Shown: positions 1 to 9,290 of the stretch, in pieces
Layout: every line of letters begins with the position of its first letter
How positions within the stretch are numbered: position 1 is the first letter of the stretch
DNA from: Candidatus Latescibacterota bacterium
GTDB lineage: Bacteria > Latescibacterota > UBA2968 > UBA8231
Length of the DNA: 64,000 bases
Direction of reading: 5' to 3'
Assembly: GCA_965248265.1 (NCBI GenBank)
Contig: CBDFJF010000002.1
Coordinates: forward strand, 960,001-1,024,000
Program-made: the position numbers and the translations under genes
Notes under the pieces: generated by a model
What the model was told of the DNA's origin: nothing
The model's database searches: none
Seen by the model: the letters and a program-made list of their open reading frames with translations, nothing else

Positions 1-327
1 GGCGGCTACAACAGCTCCAACACCTCTCACCTGGTGGAGATCTGCTCGCAGGTGATGCCCAGCTACCTGATCGGTGGCCCTGAAGAGCTGCTGTCGCGCG
101 ATCGCATCCGCCATTTCGACATTCACGAGAAGAAGCTCGTGGTTGCCGATGATTGGCTGCCGAGCCAGTTACCGGCGACGATTGCCGTAACTTCGGGCGC
201 CTCGTGCCCGGACGTGCTGATGAACGGAGTGGTGCAGACGATTGCCGGCTATTTCGGCTACGGCGCCGATGACATCGAGACCGGTCTGGATCAGCTCAGC
301 CTGTACGGAGACGCGGCGCCGGCCTGA
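1..327 (+). CDS. ispH: 4-hydroxy-3-methylbut-2-enyl diphosphate reductase, C-terminal part (runs off the window start)
   Basis: Frame from base 1 reads GGYNSSNTSHLVEIC... and contains TSGASCPD; the SSN and GAS(T/C)P motifs are typical of IspH/LytB. Confidence 0.9.
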   Translation, partial: GGYNSSNTSHLVEICSQVMPSYLIGGPEELLSRDRIRHFDIHEKKLVVADDWLPSQLPATIAVTSGASCPDVLMNGVVQTIAGYFGYGADDIETGLDQLSLYGDAAPA

Positions 328-347
328 CCAGGTGTCTCTACCGGAAC

Positions 348-1151
348 TCAATCCGCCGCAATCACCGGGTTTACCAGCCGCCCGATACTCTCAATCTCGA
401 TCACGACCTCGTCACCAGCCTGAAGAAAGACCGGCGGTTTGCGGGCGAAACCGACGCCCTGGGGTGTGCCGGTCAGAATGACCGTTCCGGCCAGCAGGGT
501 CGTGTCCTGGCTCAGGAAGTGGATTAGATAGGCGACGGAGAAGATCATGTCACCGGTGGTATGCTCCTGCATGGTCTGGCCGTTGAGGATTGTCTTGATC
601 GCCAGGCTCTGAGGATCAGGGATCTCGTCGGGCGTCACCAGCACCGGACCGAGCGGGCAAAACGTGTCGAAGCCCTTGCCGCGGATCCACTGACCACCAC
701 CCCCGTGAAGCTGCCAGTGACGGGCCGACACATCGTGACCACAGGTATAGCCGGCCACGTACTGCAGGGCATCGGATTCGGCTACGTCGCGACAGTCCTT
801 GCCGATGACGACGGCCAGCTCACATTCGTAATCCACTTCCGAATCATGCTGGCAGGCCGGCAGTCGAATCGACTCGCCGGGTCCGAGCAACGTGCTGGTC
901 GGTTTCATGAAGACGACGGGATTCTCCGGCGCCGCCATGCCGGATTCGGCCGCATGTTCGCGGTAGTTGAGGCCGATGCAGAAGATGTTGGTGGGTTCCA
1001 GCGGGGCGAGTAGCTTGTGCACTGTCGCGCGATCGTCCGTGGATTGCAGTCCGCCGTACAGGCTGCCGGAGAGAATTCGGGCTTGACCGTCGTCCGTCTC
1101 CTCTCCCAGCAGGATGTTGCCGTTTTCGTCTTCGAATCGTATTACACGCAT
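348..1151 (-). CDS. Fumarylacetoacetate hydrolase family protein
   Basis: CIGLNYREH, VDYECELAVVIG, GKGFDTFCPLGP and ILTGTPQGVG motifs. Confidence 0.93.
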   Translation of the reverse strand: MRVIRFEDENGNILLGEETDDGQARILSGSLYGGLQSTDDRATVHKLLAPLEPTNIFCIGLNYREHAAESGMAAPENPVVFMKPTSTLLGPGESIRLPACQHDSEVDYECELAVVIGKDCRDVAESDALQYVAGYTCGHDVSARHWQLHGGGGQWIRGKGFDTFCPLGPVLVTPDEIPDPQSLAIKTILNGQTMQEHTTGDMIFSVAYLIHFLSQDTTLLAGTVILTGTPQGVGFARKPPVFLQAGDEVVIEIESIGRLVNPVIAAD

Positions 1152-1178
1152 GCCGCGCTCCTTATCGGGTATAGACTA

Positions 1179-1344
1179 TAGTGTCGCGTCTCAGGAATAC
1201 GTCGACATTCTTCCGCCGATCCATCCCTGCTCGCGGCGTTGCCTTCGCTCGTCGTATCCCACTGATACGACTCGCTCAGGCGCCTTGCGAGCAGGGCGCC
1301 TCGGCGGCCGAATTTTGTCAACCTATTCCTGAGACGCGACACTA
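1179..1344. repeat. ERIC/MITE-like fold-back element, 166 bp
   Basis: Perfect 21-bp terminal inverted repeat TAGTGTCGCGTCTCAGGAATA (1179-1199 / 1324-1344); nested stems CCGCCGA/TCGGCGG and CCCTGCTCGC/GCGAGCAGGG; central GTCGTATC-ccact-GATACGAC. Confidence 0.85.
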
Positions 1345-1440
1345 GTCTCTGAAAGTTGCAGATGAGGAAACTAATGAGAAATCTTTCGAGCGCACGATCG
1401 GAGCGGGAGTCGGCTGCCGCGAGGACGTGGTGATTCGGCC

Positions 1441-2547
1441 ATGACAGGTCCCAGTTTGCTGGTAGTCGGAGCTGGAATCGTGGGCCGCTCAGTCGCCTAC
1501 TACGCCTCCCGTGCGGGCGCTGAAGTCCATCTGGTTGACGCCGATGCCGATCCTTCGCCAACCACACGCGCGTCGCTGGGGGTTCTGACCCATTTCAACG
1601 GCGGCGACGACGCTTATGGCCTGCTGTATCGCGACGGTCATGTGCTGCATGAACACCTGGCCGCACAGCTGATGGAGGAAACCGGAGTGGATGTCGGTTG
1701 GCGCGCCCTCGGTGGCATCGATGTCGCCTTCAGCGAGGCGGACCTGCAGGCGCTGGTTGAGATGTGCGAGTTCAACAAGGCGCGAGGCTGCGTCGCACAG
1801 CTGCTGGATGGCGAGGGTGTGCGTGAGCTTGAACCGTTGTTGCGAGAGGACGCGCTTGGCGGGTTGTACTTCCCTGGTGATCATCGTGTCGATCCCGCGG
1901 CACTGGCTGACGCACTGCTGGCAGCAGCTCGCCGCCGAGGGATTCACATTTCATTCGATACGCCGCTCAGTCGCCTCGAGGGCAACGGCACCGGTGTGCG
2001 GGCCGTGTTCGCGGGTGATGCATCGGGCAACTTATCGAAGGAGTTCGACTGTGCCGTGGTAGCGGCCGGAGCCTGGACGGGCAAGCTACTGGCAGCCAGC
2101 GCTGGCGCGGAAGAGGTGGCGGTCCGTCCGGTGCGGGGGCAGCATTGCGTCTATGGGGCGGGAGGAGGCAGTCTGCGCCGTGTGCTGAGGTACGACGGCC
2201 ACCATCTGCTTCCGACCACTGAGGGAATCACGGTGGCGGCGACGGTCGAAGAGGTCGGCTTCGATCTCGGTACCACCGAAGCGGCAGCGACCCAGTTCGG
2301 GCTGACCCTGGAGCGGGTGTTGGGCATCCGTGACCGGCCCATACACCAGCGTGCGGGGCTGCGTCCCAAACCGCGCAAGGGTCGCCCGGTCATCGCGCCC
2401 CTGGATGACATGCCCGGCGTCTTCGTGGCCAGCGGTCACTACAAGAACGGGGTGCTTCTGGGTCCGATCACGGGACAGATCGTGGCTGCCTGGGTACTGG
2501 AAGGTCAGCCACCGCGCGACATGAGCCATTTCGCGATCGCGCGCTAG
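1441..2547 (+). CDS. FAD-dependent oxidoreductase, glycine oxidase ThiO/DAO-like
   Basis: N-terminal VVGAGIVG dinucleotide-binding motif, RPVRGQ, AGLRP, GHYKNGVLLGPITG. Confidence 0.85.
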   Translation: MTGPSLLVVGAGIVGRSVAYYASRAGAEVHLVDADADPSPTTRASLGVLTHFNGGDDAYGLLYRDGHVLHEHLAAQLMEETGVDVGWRALGGIDVAFSEADLQALVEMCEFNKARGCVAQLLDGEGVRELEPLLREDALGGLYFPGDHRVDPAALADALLAAARRRGIHISFDTPLSRLEGNGTGVRAVFAGDASGNLSKEFDCAVVAAGAWTGKLLAASAGAEEVAVRPVRGQHCVYGAGGGSLRRVLRYDGHHLLPTTEGITVAATVEEVGFDLGTTEAAATQFGLTLERVLGIRDRPIHQRAGLRPKPRKGRPVIAPLDDMPGVFVASGHYKNGVLLGPITGQIVAAWVLEGQPPRDMSHFAIAR

Positions 2548-2569
2548 TGGCTTTCAGCTTTCCATTTCG

Positions 2570-2598
2570 TTGACAGCTGCTGGTTATTCCGATAACGT
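2570..2598 (+). promoter_or_regulatory. Putative sigma70 promoter
   Basis: TTGACA-N17-TAACGT about 100 bp upstream of the DapA-like gene. Confidence 0.5.
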
Positions 2599-2701
2599 TG
2601 GGTAACCGGCACGAGACGATACTCGTGGCGTGCCGGCACCTGCAACCCTCCCTGACAATGATCCCGGTAGCACCTCTGACTCTCTCGACCGGAGCCCCTG
2701 A

Positions 2702-3643
2702 ATGCCACTGAGTAACGAAGAACTGATTGACGCCCTGGATTCTGTCACCTCCGTCATCATCCTGCCCTACCGAGACGGTGGACTCGACTTCGAGGGGATC
2801 GGCAAGAACGTCGATTACCTGATCCAGAACAACCATCTGGACGACGATCGACAGCGGGTGGTGGCGGTTGCCGGGACCAGCCTGATCCATCACGTGTCGC
2901 GCGCAGAGCAGACGCGGATCATGGATTTCATCGGCACCCGCATCGGTGGCAAAGGTGTGTTGATGTCGGGAATCGCGCCCAATCCGCTGGTGGATGCGGG
3001 AGAGTTGATCGAGACCCAAGCCCGATTGAGTCGTCCTCCCGATTGTTATTTGATCATGCCGGTGACCGGGGTCGCCGATCCCGCCGGTTTCTACGATACC
3101 TACATGCAGTTCGCCGAGCGCTACGCTGCCAGCTCGGGAGCACGTCTGCTCTATTATATGAGGGAATCGAGTCAAGCAGAGGGAGCCGTGCGCTTGGTCA
3201 ACGACTCGCCGCACTTTGTCGGCATCAAGGTCGGTACCAGCCAAGAGGATGTCAGCGCCATCGTCGAGGGGGTCAATGATGGTAGCGGCATCGTGATGTG
3301 GGGGATCGGGGACCGTTCCACGGGGCCTGCAACCAAGGGTACCAAGGGACATACTTCAGGCATCAATCTGGGCTTCGTCAAGGCTTCCGATGCGATCAAC
3401 AATGCCCAGCGAAAAGGGGATTACGAGACCGGGTTCAAGGTCGAGAGGGAGCTCACGCCCCTGGAAGAAATCCGTTTTCGCGATGCCAGAAGATACAATT
3501 ACTCCGCCGTAGTTGAAGTGATTCGCCACGCCGGTTGGGACGATGTAGTGGGAGGGGAAGGGGGCCCGTTCAATCCGCCGGTTCCGCCAGAGGTCTCCGC
3601 CGAAGTCGAGACGGCAATCTCGGGGATCCTGCACTACCACTGA
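2702..3643 (+). CDS. Dihydrodipicolinate synthase (DapA/class I aldolase) family protein
   Basis: TIM-barrel aldolase pattern: LPYRDGGLDFEGI, AGTS, LLYY, Schiff-base lysine in FVGIKVG. Confidence 0.75.
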   Translation: MPLSNEELIDALDSVTSVIILPYRDGGLDFEGIGKNVDYLIQNNHLDDDRQRVVAVAGTSLIHHVSRAEQTRIMDFIGTRIGGKGVLMSGIAPNPLVDAGELIETQARLSRPPDCYLIMPVTGVADPAGFYDTYMQFAERYAASSGARLLYYMRESSQAEGAVRLVNDSPHFVGIKVGTSQEDVSAIVEGVNDGSGIVMWGIGDRSTGPATKGTKGHTSGINLGFVKASDAINNAQRKGDYETGFKVERELTPLEEIRFRDARRYNYSAVVEVIRHAGWDDVVGGEGGPFNPPVPPEVSAEVETAISGILHYH

Positions 3644-3650
3644 GGTCGAC

Positions 3651-3863
3651 ATGCGCGGTATGCCCGGTAGGCGCAGTAACAGCAACTTCAGGATGTACGC
3701 ATTGATAACGGCCGTGTGCGGCCTTCTGGCCGTAATCGCCCATTTTCTCTTCGAGGCTCCGGATATGGTGCGTCAGTACGCCGAGGAAACCGTCGACAAC
3801 GCCGTTCAGGACGCCGTCAAGAAAGAGGTTCAGCGAGCGGCGGCCACACAACGGCGTCCATAG
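3651..3863 (+). CDS. Small single-TM hypothetical protein
   Basis: RBS-like GAGG upstream; one hydrophobic helix; fills the gap after the DapA-like gene. Confidence 0.6.
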   Translation: MRGMPGRRSNSNFRMYALITAVCGLLAVIAHFLFEAPDMVRQYAEETVDNAVQDAVKKEVQRAAATQRRP

Positions 3864-3896
3864 CGCAATGGGATTGAGTCGACACGAGGAATCCGC

Positions 3897-4193
3897 TCAG
3901 GCCTCGCTGTTCAGGCGGTTGAGGTACTCCTGCCATTCGACGGGGACCAGGTCGCGCTTGTTGGTGTTGCATTCTTTGCAGCAGGCAACCACGTTCGATT
4001 TCGTCGAGCGGCCGCCCCGCACGATCGGCACGATGTGGTCCATGGTAAGTTCTCGCACCGGAATCGAACGGTCGCAGTAATGGCACTTGCCGACACTCAA
4101 TCGGTTCTTCCACCACTGCGATCGCCGCAGCTCTCGGGCTTTGGCCTTCTCTCGGGTGATGTGCTCTTCGGAGGCTGGAGTGTAATAATCCAT
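3897..4193 (-). CDS. Small HNH endonuclease
   Basis: CHYC...TMDHIVPIVRGG...NVVACCKECN; start placed at ATG 4193 (MDYYTP). Confidence 0.9.
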   Translation of the reverse strand: MDYYTPASEEHITREKAKARELRRSQWWKNRLSVGKCHYCDRSIPVRELTMDHIVPIVRGGRSTKSNVVACCKECNTNKRDLVPVEWQEYLNRLNSEA

Positions 4194-4235
4194 GACAACT
4201 CTATGGTAGACTTCAGCTCCTAGGCGAGCAACCGC

Positions 4236-4931
4236 ATGTCGCAGCAGACCATCATTCCGTTGTTTCCGTTGCCGCTGGTCGTCTTCCCCGGACAAATTCT
4301 GCCGCTGCACATTTTCGAAGACCGCTACAAACAGATGATCGGTGACTGTGGCGTCGAGGCGGATGACACCATCGCCGAACCTTCCAGGCCCTTCGGCATT
4401 TCGTTCACGCATGACCAGGCGAGTGCCGAACTGTCCTCGCTGACGGAGCAGCCGATCGAAGAGGTGGGCTGCAGCGTCGTCGTCGCCCGCGTCGCCAGGC
4501 GCTATCCGGATGGCCGTCTGGATATCATCACCCGGGCCCAGCGACGCTACGATACGCTGGACGTGTTCGAGGACCGTCCGTACCTGACTGCTTCGGTGAA
4601 TTTCTTCAATGACGGGGACGTCACCGTCGATGCCGCCCTTTCACGGGCGGCTCGTGAGCGTTTCGCGCAACTGATGGAACTGGCTGGCGAAGGAGACCGG
4701 GAGGACGATACCAACAACGGGGGGGCCGAGGCCACGCCAGATCAGGGTTCCTTTGCCATGGCCGCGAATGCCGGGTTGGATCCACCCAAGAAGCAGCAAG
4801 TGCTCCAGATGCGTTCAGAGAACGAGCGGCTGCAGTTCCTGGTCGAGCACCTCGACGAGTTGCTGCCTGTCCTGCGCAACAAGGTGGAACTGCAGAAGCG
4901 GGTCAAGTCGAACGGACATCCCCGCGAGTGA
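4236..4931 (+). CDS. Lon peptidase N-terminal (substrate-binding) domain protein
   Basis: IPLFPLPLVVFPGQILPLHIFEDRYKQMI signature; no AAA+ or protease domain. Confidence 0.88.
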   Translation: MSQQTIIPLFPLPLVVFPGQILPLHIFEDRYKQMIGDCGVEADDTIAEPSRPFGISFTHDQASAELSSLTEQPIEEVGCSVVVARVARRYPDGRLDIITRAQRRYDTLDVFEDRPYLTASVNFFNDGDVTVDAALSRAARERFAQLMELAGEGDREDDTNNGGAEATPDQGSFAMAANAGLDPPKKQQVLQMRSENERLQFLVEHLDELLPVLRNKVELQKRVKSNGHPRE

Positions 4932-4958
4932 TCGGTCGTCCGACTTCAGTCGGACGAC

Positions 4959-5672
4959 TCAGTCGCCGTCGACAAACACGCTCTCGGCAACTTCGATTCC
5001 GATGTGGTGGCGGTGCTGGCCATCGATGCTGACCAGAATAGGACCTCGGAAGGGTGCTTTTTCCTCGACCATGACGAGGGCTCCCAGACGCAGTTGTTTT
5101 TCGTCCAGGTAGCGCAACAACTCAGCATTGCGGTCGCTCACCTGCCGGATGCGTGCCGCCTGACCCTCGTCCAGATCGGCCAGCCGCCTGAACTCGTGGG
5201 TGGCGATTGCCCCATCCTTGGTCGGAATGGGCTCGCCGTGGGCTCCGACGGTCGGGTATCCCAGCGCCGCGTCCATGCGCTCCTCGAAGTCTTCAGAGAT
5301 AGCATGCTCCAGCCGGTCGGCCTCAGCGTCGACTTCGTCCCAACCGAATCCCAATGCCTGTGACAGGTACAACTCCAGCAGCCGATGATGGCGGATGATC
5401 TCGAGGGCGATCTTCTCGCCCGATGAGGTCAGCGTCACCCCCTGGTACGGGGTGTGGTCGACCAGATTCATCTCCGCCAGCTTCTTGATCATGTTGGTTG
5501 CCGAGGCCGCTGATACCTTCATGCGTTCGGCAATCAAGGACGTCGTGACCGATCCCGGGGTCTCCCCCGCCGCCAGCTTGTAAATCGACTTGAGGTAATC
5601 CTGGACCGATTCACTGAGGACACTGTCCTGGCCGACGGTCGTCGTCTTCGACGGATCGTTGTGTTCACTCAT
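4959..5672 (-). CDS. DtxR/MntR family metal-dependent transcriptional regulator
   Basis: SVQDYLKSIY, IIRHHRLLELYL, EADRLEHAIS, C-terminal FeoA/SH3 domain; start ATG 5672. Confidence 0.92.
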   Translation of the reverse strand: MSEHNDPSKTTTVGQDSVLSESVQDYLKSIYKLAAGETPGSVTTSLIAERMKVSAASATNMIKKLAEMNLVDHTPYQGVTLTSSGEKIALEIIRHHRLLELYLSQALGFGWDEVDAEADRLEHAISEDFEERMDAALGYPTVGAHGEPIPTKDGAIATHEFRRLADLDEGQAARIRQVSDRNAELLRYLDEKQLRLGALVMVEEKAPFRGPILVSIDGQHRHHIGIEVAESVFVDGD

Positions 5673-5679
5673 TGGATCA

Positions 5680-7107
5680 TCACCCCGCAACAAGATGCCA
5701 TACCTGAGTAACAAAGAAACAGAGTGCAAAGCCCATGGCAATGGGGAGCAATCCGGAAATCGCCGTCCATTTGATGCTCTTCGTTTCCCGGTAAATGGTG
5801 TAAAGGGTTGTCGAGCAGGGATTGTGGACCAGGCTGAAGAGCATCAGGTTCACGGCCGTGAGCAAGGTCCATCCGCCGGCCGTGAAGATGGCGGCGGTAT
5901 CCGTTTCTGAATCCAATTCGAACATCACGCCGGCGCCATCTCCAAAACCCGCCACCCGTGCGCTCAACACGGTCAGCATCAAAATCGTCGGGATGACGAT
6001 TTCGTTGGCGGGGATGGCGACGATGTAGGCGAGCAGGATGACGCCGTTCAACCCCACCAGAAGGGCGAAGGTGTCGGAGCCGGATATGAAGCGCTCGGCG
6101 ATGCTGACGTCGGCGATGGTGACGTTGGAGGCCAACCAGATCGCGGCGCCCGCGGGAATGGCGAAGACGACGGCCCTCCACAGCACGATCAAGGTGCGGT
6201 CGATGATGGAGGTGTAGATGGTCCGCAGAATTCGTGGCGGCCTGTAGGGGGGCAGTTCCAGGCTGAACGCCGAGGCTTCGCCCTTCAAAATAGTGTGAGA
6301 CAGACCCCAGGAGACGACGAAAGACAGCACAATGCCGAGCACGGCGATGGAGACGACGGCCCCGGCGGAGACCAGGCCGGCCCAGTGCGCCGGCACCAGC
6401 CCGCCGATGAAGATGCTGGCGATGAGGATCTGCGTCGGCCAGCGTCCATTACACAGGGCAAAGTTGTTGGTGATGATGGCGATCAAGCGCTCTCTGGGGC
6501 TGTCGATGACACGCGTGGAAACTATGGCGGCGGCGTTGCAGCCGAATCCCATGGCCATGGTCAGGGCCTGCTTGCCGTGAGCGCCGCTTTTCTTGAACAG
6601 GTTGTCGAGGTTGAAGGCGACCCGTGGCAGGTAACCGAAATCCTCTAGGAGTGTGAACAGAGGGAAGAAAATGGCCATCGGTGGCAGCATGACCGCGATC
6701 ACCCAGGCCATGGCCAGGTACATGCCATCGATCAGCAGACCGTCCACCCACCAGGGCAGACCCACCGTCGCAGCCAGACCTTTGAGCAGCGGGTGAGTGT
6801 CATCGATCAGCAGCGTCGCCAGCATACTGGAAGGCGTGTTGGCCCCTTCGATGGTCAACCAGAATACGACCGCCAGCATCAGCAGCATCAGCGGAAATCC
6901 CAGCCAGCGGCTGGTGACGAGACGATCGATGGTGCGATCAAGGTGGAATCGGGGTTTTTTGTCCCTGCGTGTCACGGTGCGGTCGGCGATGCGTCCGGCA
7001 TCGGCGTAGATTGATTCCATCAGCGTGTCGTGCAGGTTGGCACCAGCCTCCCAGCGCAGGGTGTCTGCCGCGGCCAGGACGCTCTCGGGTGTGGTTTTCT
7101 CCGTCAT
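5680..7107 (-). CDS. feoB: Ferrous iron transporter FeoB, membrane (gate) domain as a separate gene
   Basis: [40 protein letters not shown] motifs; no GTPase domain. Confidence 0.9.
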   Translation of the reverse strand: MTEKTTPESVLAAADTLRWEAGANLHDTLMESIYADAGRIADRTVTRRDKKPRFHLDRTIDRLVTSRWLGFPLMLLMLAVVFWLTIEGANTPSSMLATLLIDDTHPLLKGLAATVGLPWWVDGLLIDGMYLAMAWVIAVMLPPMAIFFPLFTLLEDFGYLPRVAFNLDNLFKKSGAHGKQALTMAMGFGCNAAAIVSTRVIDSPRERLIAIITNNFALCNGRWPTQILIASIFIGGLVPAHWAGLVSAGAVVSIAVLGIVLSFVVSWGLSHTILKGEASAFSLELPPYRPPRILRTIYTSIIDRTLIVLWRAVVFAIPAGAAIWLASNVTIADVSIAERFISGSDTFALLVGLNGVILLAYIVAIPANEIVIPTILMLTVLSARVAGFGDGAGVMFELDSETDTAAIFTAGGWTLLTAVNLMLFSLVHNPCSTTLYTIYRETKSIKWTAISGLLPIAMGFALCFFVTQVWHLVAG

Positions 7108-7931
7108 GACGCGGTCTCCACAAGTTCGGGTGGCGCTGCTGTTGCCTCATTCAGATCGCCGAGTTCACCAGAGCGCACCGCCTCGACGATGCGACGGTCC
7201 CCCTCCAGCAGACGCATCGCTACCCAGCGGGCGTTGTCGAGCCCCGGAAAGGCGCGTCCGATTTCTCCTGAAAGCTTCTCGATGGCCTGCGTGAGTGGCT
7301 CTGATTCACGGGATTCTATTCGATGGGGCTTGCAGGCAACCTGCCCGCTGGCGACTTCGCTGATGGCCTGGATGAGTTCGGGAATGCCTTCGTTCTGGCG
7401 GGCCGCCGTGGGCACGACCGGAACCCCGAGGTCGCGTGCCAGGGTGCGCTCGTCCAGCGAAAAGCCGTGACGTTTGGCTTCGTCGATCAGGTTGAGGCAG
7501 ACGACCGCCCGGTCGGTGATTTCCAACACCTGCAGCACCAGGTTCAGGTTGCGCTCTAGACGAGTGCTGTCGACGACGACGACGGTGACGTCAGGTCGAC
7601 CGAAAAGGATGAAATCCCGTGCCACCTCCTCGTCGACGCTGGTCGAAAGCAGGGAGTAGGTGCCCGGCAGGTCAACGAGCTTATAGCGTTGGTCCTGATA
7701 GGCGAAGCCGCCCTCGGCGCGCACGACGGTTTTGCCGGGCCAGTTGCCGGTGTGCTGACGCAGTCCGGTGAGGGCGTTGAAGACGGTGCTCTTGCCCGTG
7801 TTCGGATTACCAGCCAGGGCGACGACATAGTCCCAGTTGGCCATGTTGACGCCCAGCTTGATCAGGTTGCCAGTGTGGTGGGCTGGACACGCCTCGCAGG
7901 CGCTGCCCGCAGGGTGCGATTGAGTTGCCAT
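7104..7931 (-). CDS. feoB: FeoB small GTPase domain as a separate gene
   Basis: G1 GNPNTGKS, G2 GNWPGKTV, G3 DLPGTYSL, G4 NLID; 4-bp overlap with the membrane-domain gene. Confidence 0.9.
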   Translation of the reverse strand: MATQSHPAGSACEACPAHHTGNLIKLGVNMANWDYVVALAGNPNTGKSTVFNALTGLRQHTGNWPGKTVVRAEGGFAYQDQRYKLVDLPGTYSLLSTSVDEEVARDFILFGRPDVTVVVVDSTRLERNLNLVLQVLEITDRAVVCLNLIDEAKRHGFSLDERTLARDLGVPVVPTAARQNEGIPELIQAISEVASGQVACKPHRIESRESEPLTQAIEKLSGEIGRAFPGLDNARWVAMRLLEGDRRIVEAVRSGELGDLNEATAAPPELVETAS

Positions 7932-8968
7932 TACGCGGCCTCCATTGATCTTGTTATCAGCACGTGATCCGACTGCTCTCGACGCAGGGCGATCATGGCG
8001 CCGCGCACCCGGTAGGCGGTCGGATCGCCAACCGGACTGCGGAGCTCAGCTTCGACGACCGTACCGGGGATGATCCCCAGGTCCATGAGGCGCCTTCGTT
8101 CCAGGCCTCGGCAGGCCGGCGAGATGCGGACAACTCGGCCGCTTTCGCTCAGTCCCAGCGTCGACAGGGTTTCGTAGGGACCTTCCATTTCCTGGGTTGT
8201 CTGAATCGGCACAATGAAGACGTTGGCCGCCAGCGTAGGCGAGAGCTCGAGGACCTGTCCATCGGCGAGAAAGCGGATGATCTCGTCCGTGCTCTCGTGT
8301 ACCTCGACCTGTGTTCCCAAATGCAGACCGGCGTCGACGAGTTGGACATAGACTTCCTCCGGCTCATCCTCCATGTGGGCGATCGTGGCCAGGCGTCCAG
8401 GTTGCAGTTTGGTGATCGGAAGGCCCTGACGCGGGCCCACGTCTCCCGAGGCCGTCGGAATCGGATCGCCGTGAGGATCGTAGACCGGATAGCCCATCCG
8501 CTGGTCGAGTTGATCGACCTCGTCCGCCGAAAGGCGATGTTCCTCGCGCTCGGCCTCGCCGTGCCAGCTGGCATGACCCAATCCGGTTTCCTCAGCCAGA
8601 TGCTGTTCCCACAACCGGTGTACGCGCACGATTCGCAGGGCATAGTCACGGCCCGTCGAGGTGAGGCTCAACTCGCCTTCAGCCCGCGTCGTCAGGGCCT
8701 GTCTCTCGAGGTGGATGAGCAGTTCGGCCGCTTTGTTGCCCGAGATTTGCAAAGCGCCGGAGAGGCTCTCCACTGTGACGGGTTGCTTCCCGTACTCGCA
8801 GTGATAAAGGTGCTTGAGGGCATCTTCGATTACGGCGCGATCACCGACCCGGCGCAGCTGGCTCCAGCGAGAGAGTAGTCCGCGTTCGGGCCAAACGATA
8901 AAGAGGGCCACAGCCGTGAGCAGGGCAGCGACGATCAGCGCTGACAGTGGGTCTACAGGAGGGTTCAC
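7931..8968 (-). CDS. DtxR-family regulator with an N-terminal TM helix and two FeoA domains
   Basis: [29 protein letters not shown]; C-terminal [12 protein letters not shown]...[13 protein letters not shown] (FeoA). Confidence 0.85.
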   Translation of the reverse strand: MNPPVDPLSALIVAALLTAVALFIVWPERGLLSRWSQLRRVGDRAVIEDALKHLYHCEYGKQPVTVESLSGALQISGNKAAELLIHLERQALTTRAEGELSLTSTGRDYALRIVRVHRLWEQHLAEETGLGHASWHGEAEREEHRLSADEVDQLDQRMGYPVYDPHGDPIPTASGDVGPRQGLPITKLQPGRLATIAHMEDEPEEVYVQLVDAGLHLGTQVEVHESTDEIIRFLADGQVLELSPTLAANVFIVPIQTTQEMEGPYETLSTLGLSESGRVVRISPACRGLERRRLMDLGIIPGTVVEAELRSPVGDPTAYRVRGAMIALRREQSDHVLITRSMEAA

Positions 8969-9006
8969 GTCATGCTCTCCAGAGATGATAAACCGTGTGA
9001 AACTTT

Positions 9007-9028
9007 ATTTTTAGTCATGGCTAAAAAT
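9007..9028. promoter_or_regulatory. Palindromic operator, candidate DtxR/MntR box
   Basis: ATTTTTAGTCATGGCTAAAAAT, a 22-bp near-perfect palindrome overlapping the -10 of a minus-strand TTGACA(9052-9047)-N16-TAATTT promoter, about 40 bp upstream of the feo operon. Confidence 0.75.
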
Positions 9029-9091
9029 TATGGTTTGGGGGGGATCTGTCAAGATCTGGGGGGCCCGAAGGTGATGCATCGAAAAACGGGG

Positions 9092-9172
9092 AAACCAAAC
9101 ACCAAAACCAAACACCAAAACCAAGTACCAAAAATCGAAACCGAAGACCAACCAACACCAGACTTACCAGAA
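9092..9172. repeat. 13-bp tandem repeat (AAACCAAACACCA), degenerating downstream
   Basis: Two exact copies 9092-9117, third copy AAACCAAGTACCA, then a C/A-rich tail. Confidence 0.7.
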
Positions 9173-9290
9173 CTCCATGGCATGCATGTTGCATAGGGCT
9201 GTGTGACAGAGCGGTCACCATGCGAACACGATCGACCCAAGAGGAAAGCGAACATGACGAAGATGACGGCACATCAAGTCCCCATCGCTG

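Noticed and set aside
3897-4193. HNH gene as a homing or defence nuclease, or partner of the MTase
   Set aside because: Small stand-alone HNH in housekeeping context, 17 kb from the MTase, with no intron or mobile context
7104-7107. Frameshifted feoB pseudogene
   Set aside because: Clean ATGA overlap with an RBS-like sequence and both halves intact
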